Part shown: piece by piece, positions 1 through 13,097 of the stretch | How positions within the stretch are numbered: the stretch's first letter is position 1 | Layout: the number at the start of each line of letters is the position of its first letter | Assembly (NCBI GenBank): GCA_964035545.1 | Contig: CAXIUT010000064.1 | Location: 1 to 64,000 of the forward strand | Direction: 5' to 3' | Length of the DNA: 64,000 nt | From: Bugula neritina | Taxonomy: Eukaryota; Animalia; Bryozoa | The notes under the pieces: generated by a model | Database searches by the model: none | The model's input: only the letters and a program-made list of their open reading frames with translations | What the model was told of the DNA's origin: nothing | Program-made: the position numbers and the translations under genes

Positions 1-3000
1 TATACGTTTAACTAACGTATACTTTAAGCCAAGACTATACTCATAAATTTAATTATGATATTATACGTTTAACTAACGTATACTTTAAGCCAAGAACATA
101 CTCATAAATTTAATTAATATATTATACGTTTAACTAACGTATACTTTAAGCCAAGACTATACTCATAAATTTAATTATGATATTATACGTTTAACTAACG
201 TATACTTTAAGCCAAGAACATACTCATAAATTTAATTAATATATTATACGTTTAACTAACGTATACTTTAAGCCAAGAACATACTCATAAATTTAATTAA
301 TATATTATACGTTTAACTAACGTATACTTTAAGCCAAGACTATACTCATAAATTTAATTATGATATTATACGTTTAACTAACGTATACTTTAAGCCAAGA
401 CTATACTCATAAATTTAATTATGATATTATACGTTTAACTAACGTATACTTTAAGCCAAGAACATACTCATAAATTTAATTAATATATTATACGTTTAAC
501 TAACGTATACTTTAAGCCAAGACTATACTCATAAATTTAATTATGATATTATACGTTTAACTAACGTATACTTTAAGCCAAGAACATACTCATAAATTTA
601 ATTAATATATTATACGTTTAACTAACGTATACTTTAAGCCAAGAACATACTCATAAATTTAATTAATATATTATACGTTTAACTAACGTATACTTTAAGC
701 CAAGACTATACTCATAAATTTAATTATGATATTATACGTTTAACTAACGTATACTTTAAGCCAAGACTATACTCATAAATTTAATTATGATATTATACGT
801 TTAACTAACGTATACTTTAAGCCAAGAACATACTCATAAATTTAATTAATATATTATACGTTTAACTAACGTATACTTTAAGCCAAGAACATACTCATAA
901 ATTTAATTAATATATTATACGTTTAACTAACGTATACTTTAAGCCAAGAACATACTCATAAATTTAATTAATATATTATACGTTTAACTAACGTATACTT
1001 TAAGCCAAGACTATACTCATAAATTTAATTATGATATTATACGTTTAACTAACGTATACTTTAAGCCAAGAACATACTCATAAATTTAATTAATATATTA
1101 TACGTTTAACTAACGTATACTTTAAGCCAAGAACATACTCATAAATTTAATTAATATATTATACGTTTAACTAACGTATACTTTAAGCCAAGACTATACT
1201 CATAAATTTAATTATGATATTATACGTTTAACTAACGTATACTTTAAGCCAAGAACATACTCATAAATTTAATTAATATATTATACGTTTAACTAACGTA
1301 TACTTTAAGCCAAGAACATACTCATAAATTTAATTAATATATTATACGTTTAACTAACGTATACTTTAAGCCAAGACTATACTCATAAATTTAATTATGA
1401 TATTATACGTTTAACTAACGTATACTTTAAGCCAAGACTATACTCATAAATTTAATTATGATATTATACGTTTAACTAACGTATACTTTAAGCCAAGAAC
1501 ATACTCATAAATTTAATTAATATATTATACGTTTAACTAACGTATACTTTAAGCCAAGACTATACTCATAAATTTAATTATGATATTATACGTTTAATTA
1601 ACGTATACTTTAAGCCAAGACTATACTCATAAATTTAATTATGATATTATACGTTTAACTAACGTATACTTTAAGCCAAGAACATACTCATAAATTTAAT
1701 TAATATATTATACGTTTAACTAACGTATACTTTAAGCCAAGACTATACTCATAAATTTAATTATGATATTATACGTTTAACTAACGTATACTTTAAGCCA
1801 AGAACATACTCATAAATTTAATTAATATATTATACGTTTAACTAACGTATACTTTAAGCCAAGACTATACTCATAAATTTAATTATGATATTATACGTTT
1901 AATTAACGTATACTTTAAGCCAAGACTATACTCATAAATTTAATTATGATATTATACGTTTAACTAACGTATACTTTAAGCCAAGACTATACTCATAAAT
2001 TTAATTATGATATTATACGTTTAACTAACGTATACTTTAAGCCAAGAACATACTCATAAATTTAATTAATATATTATACGTTTAACTAACGTATACTTTA
2101 AGCCAAGACTATACTCATAAATTTAATTATGATATTATACGTTTAATTAACGTATACTTTAAGCCAAGACTATACTCATAAATTTAATTATGATATTATA
2201 CGTTTAACTAACGTATACTTTAAGCCAAGAACATACTCATAAATTTAATTAATATATTATACGTTTAATTAACGTATACTTTAAGCCAAGACTATACTCA
2301 TAAATTTAATTATGATATTATACGTTTAACTAACGTATACTTTAAGCCAAGACTATACTCATAAATTTAATTAATATATTATACGTTTAACTAACGTATA
2401 CTTTAAGCCAAGAACATACTCATAAATTTAATTAATATATTATACGTTTAACTAACGTATACTTTAAGCCAAGACTATACTCATAAATTTAATTATGATA
2501 TTATACGTTTAACTAACGTATACTTTAAGCCAAGACTATACTCATAAATTTAATTATGATATTATACGTTTAACTAACGTATACTTTAAGCCAAGAACAT
2601 ACTCATAAATTTAATTAATATATTATACGTTTAACTAACGTATACTTTAAGCCAAGACTATACTCATAAATTTAATTATGATATTATACGTTTAATTAAC
2701 GTATACTTTAAGCCAAGACTATACTCATAAATTTAATTATGATATTATACGTTTAACTAACGTATACTTTAAGCCAAGAACATACTCATAAATTTAATTA
2801 ATATATTATACGTTTAATTAACGTATACTTTAAGCCAAGACTATACTCATAAATTTAATTATGATATTATACGTTTAACTAACGTATACTTTAAGCCAAG
2901 ACTATACTCATAAATTTAATTAATATATTATACGTTTAACTAACGTATACTTTAAGCCAAGAACATACTCATAAATTTAATTAATATATTATACGTTTAA

Positions 3001-5118
3001 CTAACGTATACTTTAAGCCAAGACTATACTCATAAATTTAATTATGATATTATACGTTTAACTAACGTATACTTTAAGCCAAGACTATACTCATAAATTT
3101 AATTATGATATTATACGTTTAACTAACGTATACTTTAAGCCAAGAACATACTCATAAATTTAATTAATATATTATACGTTTAACTAACGTATACTTTAAG
3201 CCAAGACTATACTCATAAATTTAATTATGATATTATACGTTTAATTAATGTATACTTTAAGCCAAGACTATACTCATAAATTTAATTATGATATTATACG
3301 TTTAACTAACGTATACTTTAAGCCAAGAACATACTCATAAATTTAATTAATATATTATACGTTTAACTAACGTATACTTTAAGCCAAGACTATACTCATA
3401 AATTTAATTATGATATTATACGTTTAACTAACGTATACTTTAAGCCAAGACTATACTCATAAATTTAATTATGATATTATACGTTTAACTAACGTATACT
3501 TTAAGCCAAGAACATACTCATAAATTTAATTAATATATTATACGTTTAACTAACGTATACTTTAAGCCAAGACTATACTCATAAATTTAATTATGATATT
3601 ATACGTTTAATTAACGTATACTTTAAGCCAAGACTATACTCATAAATTTAATTATGATATTATACGTTTAACTAACGTATACTTTAAGCCAAGAACATAC
3701 TCATAAATTTAATTAATATATTATACGTTTAACTAACGTATACTTTAAGCCAAGACTATACTCATAAATTTAATTATGATATTATACGTTTAATTAATGT
3801 ATACTTTAAGCCAAGACTATACTCATAAATTTAATTATGATATTATACGTTTAACTAACGTATACTTTAAGCCAAGAACATACTCATAAATTTAATTAAT
3901 ATATTATACGTTTAACTAACGTATACTTTAAGCCAAGACTATACTCATAAATTTAATTATGATATTATACGTTTAACTAACGTATACTTTAAGCCAAGAA
4001 CATACTCATAAATTTAATTAATATATTATACGTTTAACTAACGTATACTTTAAGCCAAGAACATACTCATAAATTTAATTAATATATTATACGTTTAACT
4101 AACGTATACTTTAAGCCAAGACTATACTCATAAATTTAATTATGATATTATACGTTTAACTAACGTATACTTTAAGCCAAGACTATACTCATAAATTTAA
4201 TTATGATATTATACGTTTAACTAACGTATACTTTAAGCCAAGACTATACTCATAAATTTAATTATGATATTATACGTTTAACTAACGTATACTTTAAGCC
4301 AAGACTATACTCATAAATTTAATTATGATATTATACGTTTAACTAACGTATACTTTAAGCCAAGAACATACTCATAAATTTAATTAATATATTATACGTT
4401 TAACTAACGTATACTTTAAGCCAAGACTATACTCATAAATTTAATTATGATATTATACGTTTAATTAACGTATACTTTAAGCCAAGACTATACTCATAAA
4501 TTTAATTATGATATTATACGTTTAACTAACGTATACTTTAAGCCAAGAACATACTCATAAATTTAATTAATATATTATACGTTTAACTAACGTATACTTT
4601 AAGCCAAGACTATACTCATAAATTTAATTATGATATTATACGTTTAACTAACGTATACTTTAAGCCAAGACTATACTCATAAATTTAATTATGATATTAT
4701 ACGTTTAACTAACGTATACTTTAAGCCAAGAACATACTCATAAATTTAATTAATATATTATACGTTTAACTAACGTATACTTTAAGCCAAGACTATACTC
4801 ATAAATTTAATTATGATATTATACGTTTAACTAACGTATACTTTAAGCCAAGAACATACTCATAAATTTAATTAATATATTATACGTTTAACTAACGTAT
4901 ACTTTAAGCCAAGACTATACTCATAAATTTAATTATGATATTATACGTTTAATTAACGTATACTTTAAGCCAAGACTATACTCATAAATTTAATTATGAT
5001 ATTATACGTTTAACTAACGTATACTTTAAGCCAAGAACATACTCATAAATTTAATTAATATATTATACGTTTAACTAACGTATACTTTAAGCCAAGAACA
5101 TACTTATTAATTTAATTA
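1..5118. repeat. Tandem array of a 61-bp unit (~84 copies), probable mitochondrial telomere; unit derived from the SSU rRNA 5' end
   Basis: Unit TTATACGTTTAACTAACGTATACTTTAAGCCAAGA(CT/AC)ATACTCATAAATTTAATTA(TG/AT)ATA with 61-nt period, running off the window start. Tandem-repeat telomeres are known in Tetrahymena mtDNA. Confidence 0.9.
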
Positions 5119-5243
5119 CCAATCTTATATATATATATATACACGATTAAGTAACGAAAAAAAAATTTAATACTTCAAAACTTATATTTTAAAATCAAAT
5201 GTTACTAGTTTACTTCCTAATTAGTTAATATAAAAAAAATTTT

Positions 5244-6096
5244 TTACTTATTTGCAATAAAAACATAAATAATTCTATCAATATCAATATAAACATAATA
5301 TGGCTCTACACCATATATATGTGAATATAATGCTTCTGGATAAAAATCTATGGCCTTTATAAATTTAAAAACTAATATATTCTTTATTTCTCAAAGTGTA
5401 AATTGATATTTATATCAAACATAGAAAAATATATCAATATTTTTAAGAATACAAATTATTACCATTGCTATTAATCCCAACAATACTGACATAAATACAT
5501 AATATAATTTGTTTTATAATGAATAACCGGGAAACACTTTATTATTTTGTGTTTTTTTAATAAACATTTTTTACATCTTCCGCAAACTATGATTACTTCG
5601 TAAATCACTTTTTGTTTCTTCTATATTTTCTTTAAGCATAATTATCAATATGTAATATGTAATAGTGTTTTTTTAGTTTATTTATCTTATTATCAATACT
5701 ATTTTTTATTTTGTTTATGTAGTCTATAAATCTGTTTTTTAATACGCTACTTTATTGTTTTAACCTACATATCTCCTCCTTAAAACTAGTTTTTAATATA
5801 TTTTTCAACTCATTAAAATCTTTTTTGTCTCATCTGTATATTTTATATAGCTATCTTTAAGTATACTACAATGCTTTTTTTAACTTATTTATATTTTTCT
5901 TAAAAATATTTTTCAGTTTACTAAAGCCTTCTTTTATCTTGTATGTAGACTTTTTAAATTTGTTATTTATATTATTTTTTAAACTATTCTTTAATATACT
6001 ATACTCTTTTCTAATTAAACTTAAAATGACTATCCAATTTTGTTTTAACACATTATAATATGTTTTTAATTTGTTTATTATTTTTAAAATATATAC
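5244..6096 (-). pseudogene. Disrupted copy of the PGYP-family ORF at 16823-17668
   Basis: Near-identical to 16823-17668, but the start GTG is changed to GTA and there are indels (e.g. near 5650-5665) and an in-frame TAG at 5866. Confidence 0.8.
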
Positions 6097-6123
6097 TTTA
6101 ACCCTTTTTATGAATGGGATGGG

Positions 6124-6194
6124 TAGGAGAAATAGGATTTGAACCTATAATAACAGTCTTAAAACTGTAGTTTTTCCCTTTAAACTATTCTCCT
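6124..6194 (-). tRNA. trnW-derived tRNA-like gene with 6-nt anticodon loop (pseudo or atypical)
   Basis: Sense AGGAGAA-TA-GTTT..AAAC-T-ACAGT-TTTAAG-ACTGT-TATT-ATAGG-TTCAAAT-CCTAT-TTCTCCT-A; all four stems pair; aligns to trnW at 44309. Confidence 0.75.
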
Positions 6195-6811
6195 TTAAAC
6201 ATACATATATATATACATATTGATAATAAAAGAATTATAATAATTGTTACAAATAAAAAATTTATTTATTACTAATAACTGCAGATTATAATAGTATTTA
6301 CTTAAAAATTAAGTTAATAATATAATTTTTAATTTAATAACTGTTTTTTCTTCTTTTTATAATATGATTTAAAAATGATAAAAACTCAGTATACCTATAG
6401 ATATAACAATTAAAATTATATAAAAAAAACCTATTTATTAGTGTTATTATGCGTATATATGTGTATATATGTATATATACGTATATTGATAATACAGTAA
6501 ACAATGATCATAGTTTTATATAGGATTTTCTTCAACTACTCAATACTAACAGTTTTTAACTTATTTATTATTTTAAAATAATATTTTTAAATTTTTTATT
6601 TAGTTTTTTTAATAATAATATATATACATATAACTGGATATAGTTATAAATATTAAAATTTTGTATAATCTTTTATTAAATTTATTTAAAGATATACTAA
6701 AATTATTGGTAAAAAAATATTAATTAATTAATTAATATTTAATAATTAATTTCTATATAATACACTTAAAATTTTCTTAATAATATAGATATAAGGTACA
6801 TTAATTATTAA

Positions 6812-7411
6812 TTACATATATTTTGCAATAAATATTATCAATTTATAAGCATACTGTATAGTAAATATTATTAAATGAACTACTAATCAAAGTAAAAATA
6901 CATAAAGATAAACTATAATCATTAATATCAGTTGATTTAGACCAGGATAACCTGGAATTAGTGTGTTCTCTGCTAATCCTGTAAGAATTTTGTTTATTAC
7001 GTATAAATATCCTCTATTCATCTTTAAATCATACTTCAATTCTTTGTGAGTTTTCTTAATCAAACCTTTTATTATAGTGTAATGTTTCTCTATAGCATCT
7101 TTACTATATCTTTTATTTAAATTATCTATACTCTCTAGAATCATACTCTTTAGTGTGATTTCAAACGGTATAACTTTAGATTTAATTGCTTTACGTTTAT
7201 ACTTGTATAAAATATATTGTTTATAGCGTCGTCAAAGTCTCTTTAATTTACCTTTACTGCGCTCTTTTTTTAAGTTTTTTTTACGATTTATACGTGCAAT
7301 TATTACTAATATTGGATCTGGTTTAGATCTAGGCTTTCTTCCTTTACGTTTACGTCTAAAGTAAAGTCGTTCTCATTTATCTAGGAGTTTAATAAAATTT
7401 TTTTTAGTCAT
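6812..7411 (-). CDS. Orphan PGYP-family protein (199 aa; basic N-terminus, C-terminal hydrophobic segment)
   Basis: ATG 7411 to TAA 6812, open with TGA=Trp; contains ENTLIPGYPGLNQL followed by a TM-like stretch. Confidence 0.7.
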
Positions 7412-7759
7412 TTATTTAGTTAGTTATCTAATAAATTAATAAGTATACAACAGTTATTTAGGTGTATTCATATGTGTGTATATTTAGATACGTAATTGTA
7501 ACTTTTAAAGTTTTAAATATTTTTATTAATATAGCTATTACCAGTTATATATATATATTGTCATTATATATATATATAACTATTTACTACTAAACAATTT
7601 ATAAATAAGTTATTGCTATTTAATTTAATAATATAATTTGAAAAAGAAATGTTAAGTATTTTTTTTATTATAAAATATAATTTAAATAATTAAAAAAAAT
7701 AAGTTATATATATAAGTATGTATATATGTGTATGTATACTCGTATACTAATTTTTTTTT

Positions 7760-8290
7760 TATTTTTCTGTTTATTATAACTAATAAAATATTAAGTTATA
7801 GCATATTTTTACTCGTAAAAAAAAAAAAAATTATTTAATAGAATTTTTTTTTTACTTTTCTGTTATTATATATAATAAAACATTAAGTTATAACATATTT
7901 TTACTTGTAAAAAAAAAAAATTATTTAGTAGAAATTTTTTTTTTCTGTTTATTATATATAATAAAACATTAAGTTACAACATATTTTTACTTGTAAAAAA
8001 AAAAAATTATTTAATAGAATTTTTTTTTTCTGTTTATTATATATAATAAAACATTAAGTTATATTATATTTTTACTCGTAAAAAAAAAAAAATTATTTAG
8101 TAGAAATTTTTTTTTTTCTGTTTATTATATATAATAAAACATTAAGTTATAACATATTTTTACTTGTAAAAAAAAAAATTATTTAGTAGAATTTTTTTTT
8201 TCTGTTTATTATATATAATAAAACATTAAGTTATATCATATTTTTACTTGTAAAAAAAAAAATTATTTAGTAGAAATTTTTTTATTTTTT
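7760..8290. repeat. Tandem ~85-90 bp A/T-tract repeat (family also at 20.5 kb and 56.3-57.2 kb)
   Basis: About 6 copies of CTGTTTATTATA..TAATAAAACATTAAGTTATAACATATTTTTACTTGT(A)nTTATTTAGTAGAA(T)n. Confidence 0.85.
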
Positions 8291-8640
8291 TTATTTCTAA
8301 ATAAATGAAGTACTTGTATACTGTATATTTACTAATATAAGTATAAATACATCTATATTGATACTTATAAATATACTTATATATATATCTATTTATTAAT
8401 TATTAAATAGATTTGTATAAGAAATTTATAGCTTTAATTTATTATAAAATTGTTTAAAAGCCGATAGATATGGTATTTATATGGGATTTGTGTAAAAAAA
8501 TTATACCTTTAATTTATTATAAAATTATTTAAAATTCAATAAACAAATAATTGTCGGCATTACCTTATCTCATAATATAAAGATATATCTATAACTTGTA
8601 TATGTAATTTTAATTATTTTTTTATAATAAATAAATAATC

Positions 8641-8720
8641 TGAGATAAGATAGAATCGAACTACCACCGACAACGTCATTTGATTTACAGTCAAACGCAT
8701 ACCCACTCTGCTTTTATCTC
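8641..8720 (-). tRNA. trnY: tRNA-Tyr(GUA) with long variable arm
   Basis: GAGATAA/TTATCTC acceptor, TTTGA-CTGTAAA-TCAAA anticodon arm, GTTCGATTC T-loop. Confidence 0.93.
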
Positions 8721-8776
8721 CTAATTTTAGTATATATATATTGATAGATCTATGCATATTTGTCTATACACTATAG

Positions 8777-9262
8777 TTAAAAACTATGCAATATAGAGTT
8801 AACTTGTGAAATTTTTCCAAATCTTTTTATAAAAGGATCTTTTTTAAACCTTATACCTCTCCTGGTATACTTATTATATGTTCTTATACTGTTAAAAATT
8901 TTTTTTATTAAGAAAAAGTTTTCTCTTTTACTAAAAATTACAGTATAGTTTTGTCTTCTTATTCTAGAAAAATAAAAAATATTACTATTATATAATATTT
9001 TATATCAATGAGAATGGCCAAAATTAAATGTAAATTTTGATTTTTTTTTAAATAACCTAACTCTATAGGCTTTACCTCTCCATACAATCCTTAAATAATA
9101 CAGTATAAAGGTATAAATATATATATATTCTATTAAACTTTTATACTTTTTTTTATAAAAAATATGTTTTTCATTACTTGGTAAATAGATTAAAATATTA
9201 TTTATTTTTTTTAATTTTATAATATCATTAAAGGGGGTAATAAAGTTAATAGTTTTTAACAT
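8777..9262 (-). CDS. rpl6: Ribosomal protein L6 (ymf60)
   Basis: RGKAYRV...FNFGHSHW...YNKYTRRGIRF motifs after TGA read-through; TAA at 8777. Confidence 0.88.
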
Positions 9263-9389
9263 TTATAAAAAATCCTCAAAAAAATATAATAAATACTTGA
9301 ATACTAAAAAAAAAATTTTTATTAAATGTATATAACATAAGTAAATAAATCATTATTAGCAGATGTACTATAACTATATTAGTTATAGA

Positions 9390-9578
9390 TCATATATAAT
9401 ACAGTAATAATAGCGTTTTAAAGATTATAAAAAAAACAATTACATTACAACTATTTAATGCACTATAAATATATGTATATAAATTGAATTTTTTTATATT
9501 AAAGTGACTATAAGATATAACAGTATACCTTAATATATAAATATAATTTATTAATTTAAAGTTTGTTTTTCCTATCAC
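9390..9578 (-). CDS. Small hydrophobic orphan ORF, possibly related to the ORF at 15595-15804 (3' end uncertain)
   Basis: GTG start, shares TVIS motif and overall layout with the 15.6-15.8 kb ORF; ends at TGA, so it may extend further. Confidence 0.35.
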   Translation of the reverse strand: MIGKTNFKLINYIYILRYTVISYSHFNIKKFNLYTYIYSALNSCNVIVFFIIFKTLLLLYYI

Positions 9579-10071
9579 TTTATATAATTTAAATAATTAA
9601 AAATAAGTTATAGTTTTAAAAGTATTCAATTTAATTGTATATATATATATATATATATAGATAAATAAAACTATAAATTACTATATTATAGTAAAACATC
9701 AACATTATACAGATTATATAGTTTATTATAAATACGTATATTAACATTAATAAGCAGTGATAATAAAATTTTGCTGTTTCTTAAATTATATTAATATGTT
9801 AAAAATATAAAATAATTAATTTACTAAATTTTTGAAATATTTATTTTTTTTTATAATTTTTAACCACATGTAAGTATGTATGCGTATATTAAAAAAAAAA
9901 AAAAATAAATTAATAATATTTAAGTTATTATATCAACAAAAAAATTTTACTAATTTATTAAAGTGTAAATATAACATAGTTTTTATATACGTTTAAATAT
10001 GGTATAAAAAAATTAATAAAAAGAGAAAGAAAATTTAATATTAAAAATTAAAAACTTATTAATACTCTTAT

Positions 10072-10653
10072 TTAAAATCACCATCCAAATATTTGTCAAA
10101 AAATAGAGCTCTTTATTTTTTCTTCTAATTTCCTCTTATCTTTCTCAAATTCAGTTGGGAAAAGATAAATACTTAAACATACTGAATATATATATGTTAT
10201 AAGAAACATAAACAATATTACTAATAATAGTAAAAACAGATTCATAAGTCAAAATAACATTCGACTTAATAGTGGATAGCCAATAAAGATTTCTCCTGTT
10301 TCTATTTTTCTAACAATTTTTCTTCGTATATCTCTTAAACTTCAATCATTATTTCAATCATCCACTAATTCTAAAATAAAATTTTTCAACATACCACCCA
10401 ATATATGTTTATGTCTCTTTAGTTTATTTATGTCTTTTTTAAGAACATCTTTTAATAAACTAAGATCCCTTTCTGTTTCATTTACATATTTTAAAAGTTT
10501 ATCTTCTAACTTATCATCTCATCTTTTATGTTTTTTTTTTATAATAGATTGACGGGAAAGTCTTTGGGGTTTATTTATAAAGCTATTAAAATGAGTTTTC
10601 ACTCATCTATAAAATCTAAATACTATTTTAATAAATTTTGTTATTAATTTCAT
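10072..10653 (-). CDS. Orphan PGYP-family protein (193 aa)
   Basis: ATG 10653 to TAA 10072; MKLITKFIKIVFRFYRWVK...EDKLLKY...GEIFIGYPLLSRMLFW plus TM segment; clear paralogue of the 1.25-kb repeat ORF. Confidence 0.75.
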
Positions 10654-11347
10654 TTATATATTATAAACATACACATAAACTATATATACTTATGTATATA
10701 CATATACATTAAAATTATAAAACTATAAGCACGGTATTTAAGTTTACTATTTTAGGAGATATAGCAGCATTAACTAATTTATGAACATAAAATTTTAATA
10801 TATTCAACATAATTCTTATCACTTCATATTAAAAAAATTAAAATTAAAAAGTAAATTATATTTGTATGTGTATGTTATATTTACTATATTTATTAAAAAT
10901 CATAATATAATTATTTTTTATATAATATAGTTAAAAATTAATACGCTTATGAACACTGTTATTAAAACTATATAGAATTACGTCTATTTATGTCAATACA
11001 TATATATATATATATATGTATTAATAGTGTAATTAATAAACTAGTTATAGTTTTATATAAAGTTCTTATTAATCTATTTATTACTTTAAAATAATATTTT
11101 TTTAATTTTTACTAAATTATTTTAGCATATAATGTCTAAGTATAGTTATGAAAACGAAATTTTTTGTGTCAATGTTATTAAACTTATTTAAAAAATATAG
11201 TATAATTATTAATAGTAGTAAAAAATCTAACGTTAAATGATTAAAGGTGTATTAATATTTTTATTTAAAACTAATTTTCAAAAAAAGGATTTTATTTTTT
11301 TTTTATATATATTTTCTGTTTTATAGCAGATACTATACAATTTTCTA

Positions 11348-11839
11348 TTAAAAAAACTTATCATAAAAGATTGATAATAGTCACAGAATGTTTCTAGTAA
11401 TTTTTGCAAAAACTCATGGTGCATAAAACAATCATCATAATATTAACATTATTATCAATATTCTCGTTAATAACTGTATAAATTTCGCAAATCAATATAA
11501 TATCTGACTTAATATAGGATAACCGGGAAATACTTCATAATTCTCTATTTTTTTAAAGATTTTTTCCCACGTATCTATTCAGTTTCATCTACTATATAAA
11601 TTGCATTTTATTTCTCAAATAAACTTCCGCCACATACTCCCCATAATAGACTTATGTTTATCTATTTCAGTTATATACGCTAAGAGTTTTTCCTCTAATA
11701 TGTCCTCCTCTGTTTTGTCCTTTTTTTTAAGTACACGGACAGAACTTCCAATAAAATTATTATCAGGTTTATTAAATAAAGATTTTACTCATCTATAAAA
11801 CCTAAATACTAGTTTAATTAAATTTTTTATTATAGCCAC
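11348..11839 (-). CDS. Orphan PGYP-family protein, repeat copy 1 (163 aa)
   Basis: GTG to TAA, open with TGA=Trp: MAIIKNLIKLVFRFYRWVK...ENYEVFPGYPILSQILYW...LWWLFYAPW. Confidence 0.75.
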
Positions 11840-12243
11840 TTAACAAATTATAAATATATATTAAAATTCTATAAACTTTTATATAAATCATATTTTTATA
11901 CATGTATATGTATATATATTAAAATTTTACATATTATTAATAATATAATTATTGTAAATACACAGGGAAAGTTATTTAAATTTATTATTTTAAGAAATAT
12001 AAAGCTATTGATTAATTTATAACTGTTAATTTTTAATATATTAAATTTTTTTACTATCAGTTAATATTAAAAAAAAAAACTAAAATTCAAAAGTAAGTTG
12101 TAGTTATATATATATATATATAACACCTTTATTGTATTTATTAAAAATCATAATATAATTATTTTTTATATAATATAGTTAAAAATTAATACGCTTATGA
12201 ACACTGTTATTAAAACTATATAGAATTACGTCTATTTATGTCA

Positions 12244-12279
<36 letters not shown>

Positions 12280-12605
12280 TAATAGTGTAATTAATAAACT
12301 AGTTATAGTTTTATATAAAGTTCTTATTAATCTATTTATTACTTTAAAATAATATTTTTTTAATTTTTACTAAATTATTTTAGCATATAATGTCTAAATA
12401 TAGTTATGAAAACAAAACTTTTTGTGTCAATGTTATTAAACTTATTTAAAAAATATAGTATAATTATTAATAGTAGTAAAAAATCTAACGTTAAATGATT
12501 AAAAGTGTATTAATATTTTTATTTAAAACTAATTTTCAAAAAAAAAGAATTTTATTTTTTTTATATATATTTTCTGTTTTATAGCAGATACTATACAATT
12601 TTCTA

Positions 12606-13097
12606 TTAAAAAAACTTATCATAAAAGATTGATAATAGTCACAGAATGTTTCTAGTAATTTTTGCAAAAACTCATGGTGCATAAAACAATCATCATAATA
12701 TTAACATTATTATCAATATTCTCGTTAATAACTGTATAAATTTCGCAAATCAATATAATATCTGACTTAATATAGGATAACCGGGAAATACTTCATAATT
12801 CTCTATTTTTTTAAAGATTTTTTCCCACGTATCTATTCAGTTTCATCTACTATATAAATTGCATTTTATTTCTCAAATAAACTTCCGCCACATACTCCCC
12901 ATAATAGACTTATGTTTGTCCATTTCAGTTATATACGCTAAGAGTTTTTCCTCTAATATGTCCTCCTCTGTTTTGTCCTTTTTTTTAAGTACACGGACAG
13001 AACTTCCAATAAAATTATTATCAGGTTTATTAAATAAAGATTTTACTCATCTATAAAACCTAAATACTAGTTTAATTAAATTCTTTATTATAGCCAC
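12606..13097 (-). CDS. Orphan PGYP-family protein, repeat copy 2
   Basis: Same ORF offset by 1258. Confidence 0.75.

Noticed and set aside
1-5118. CRISPR array
   Set aside because: No unique spacers; units are contiguous near-identical 61-mers; no cas genes; organellar context.
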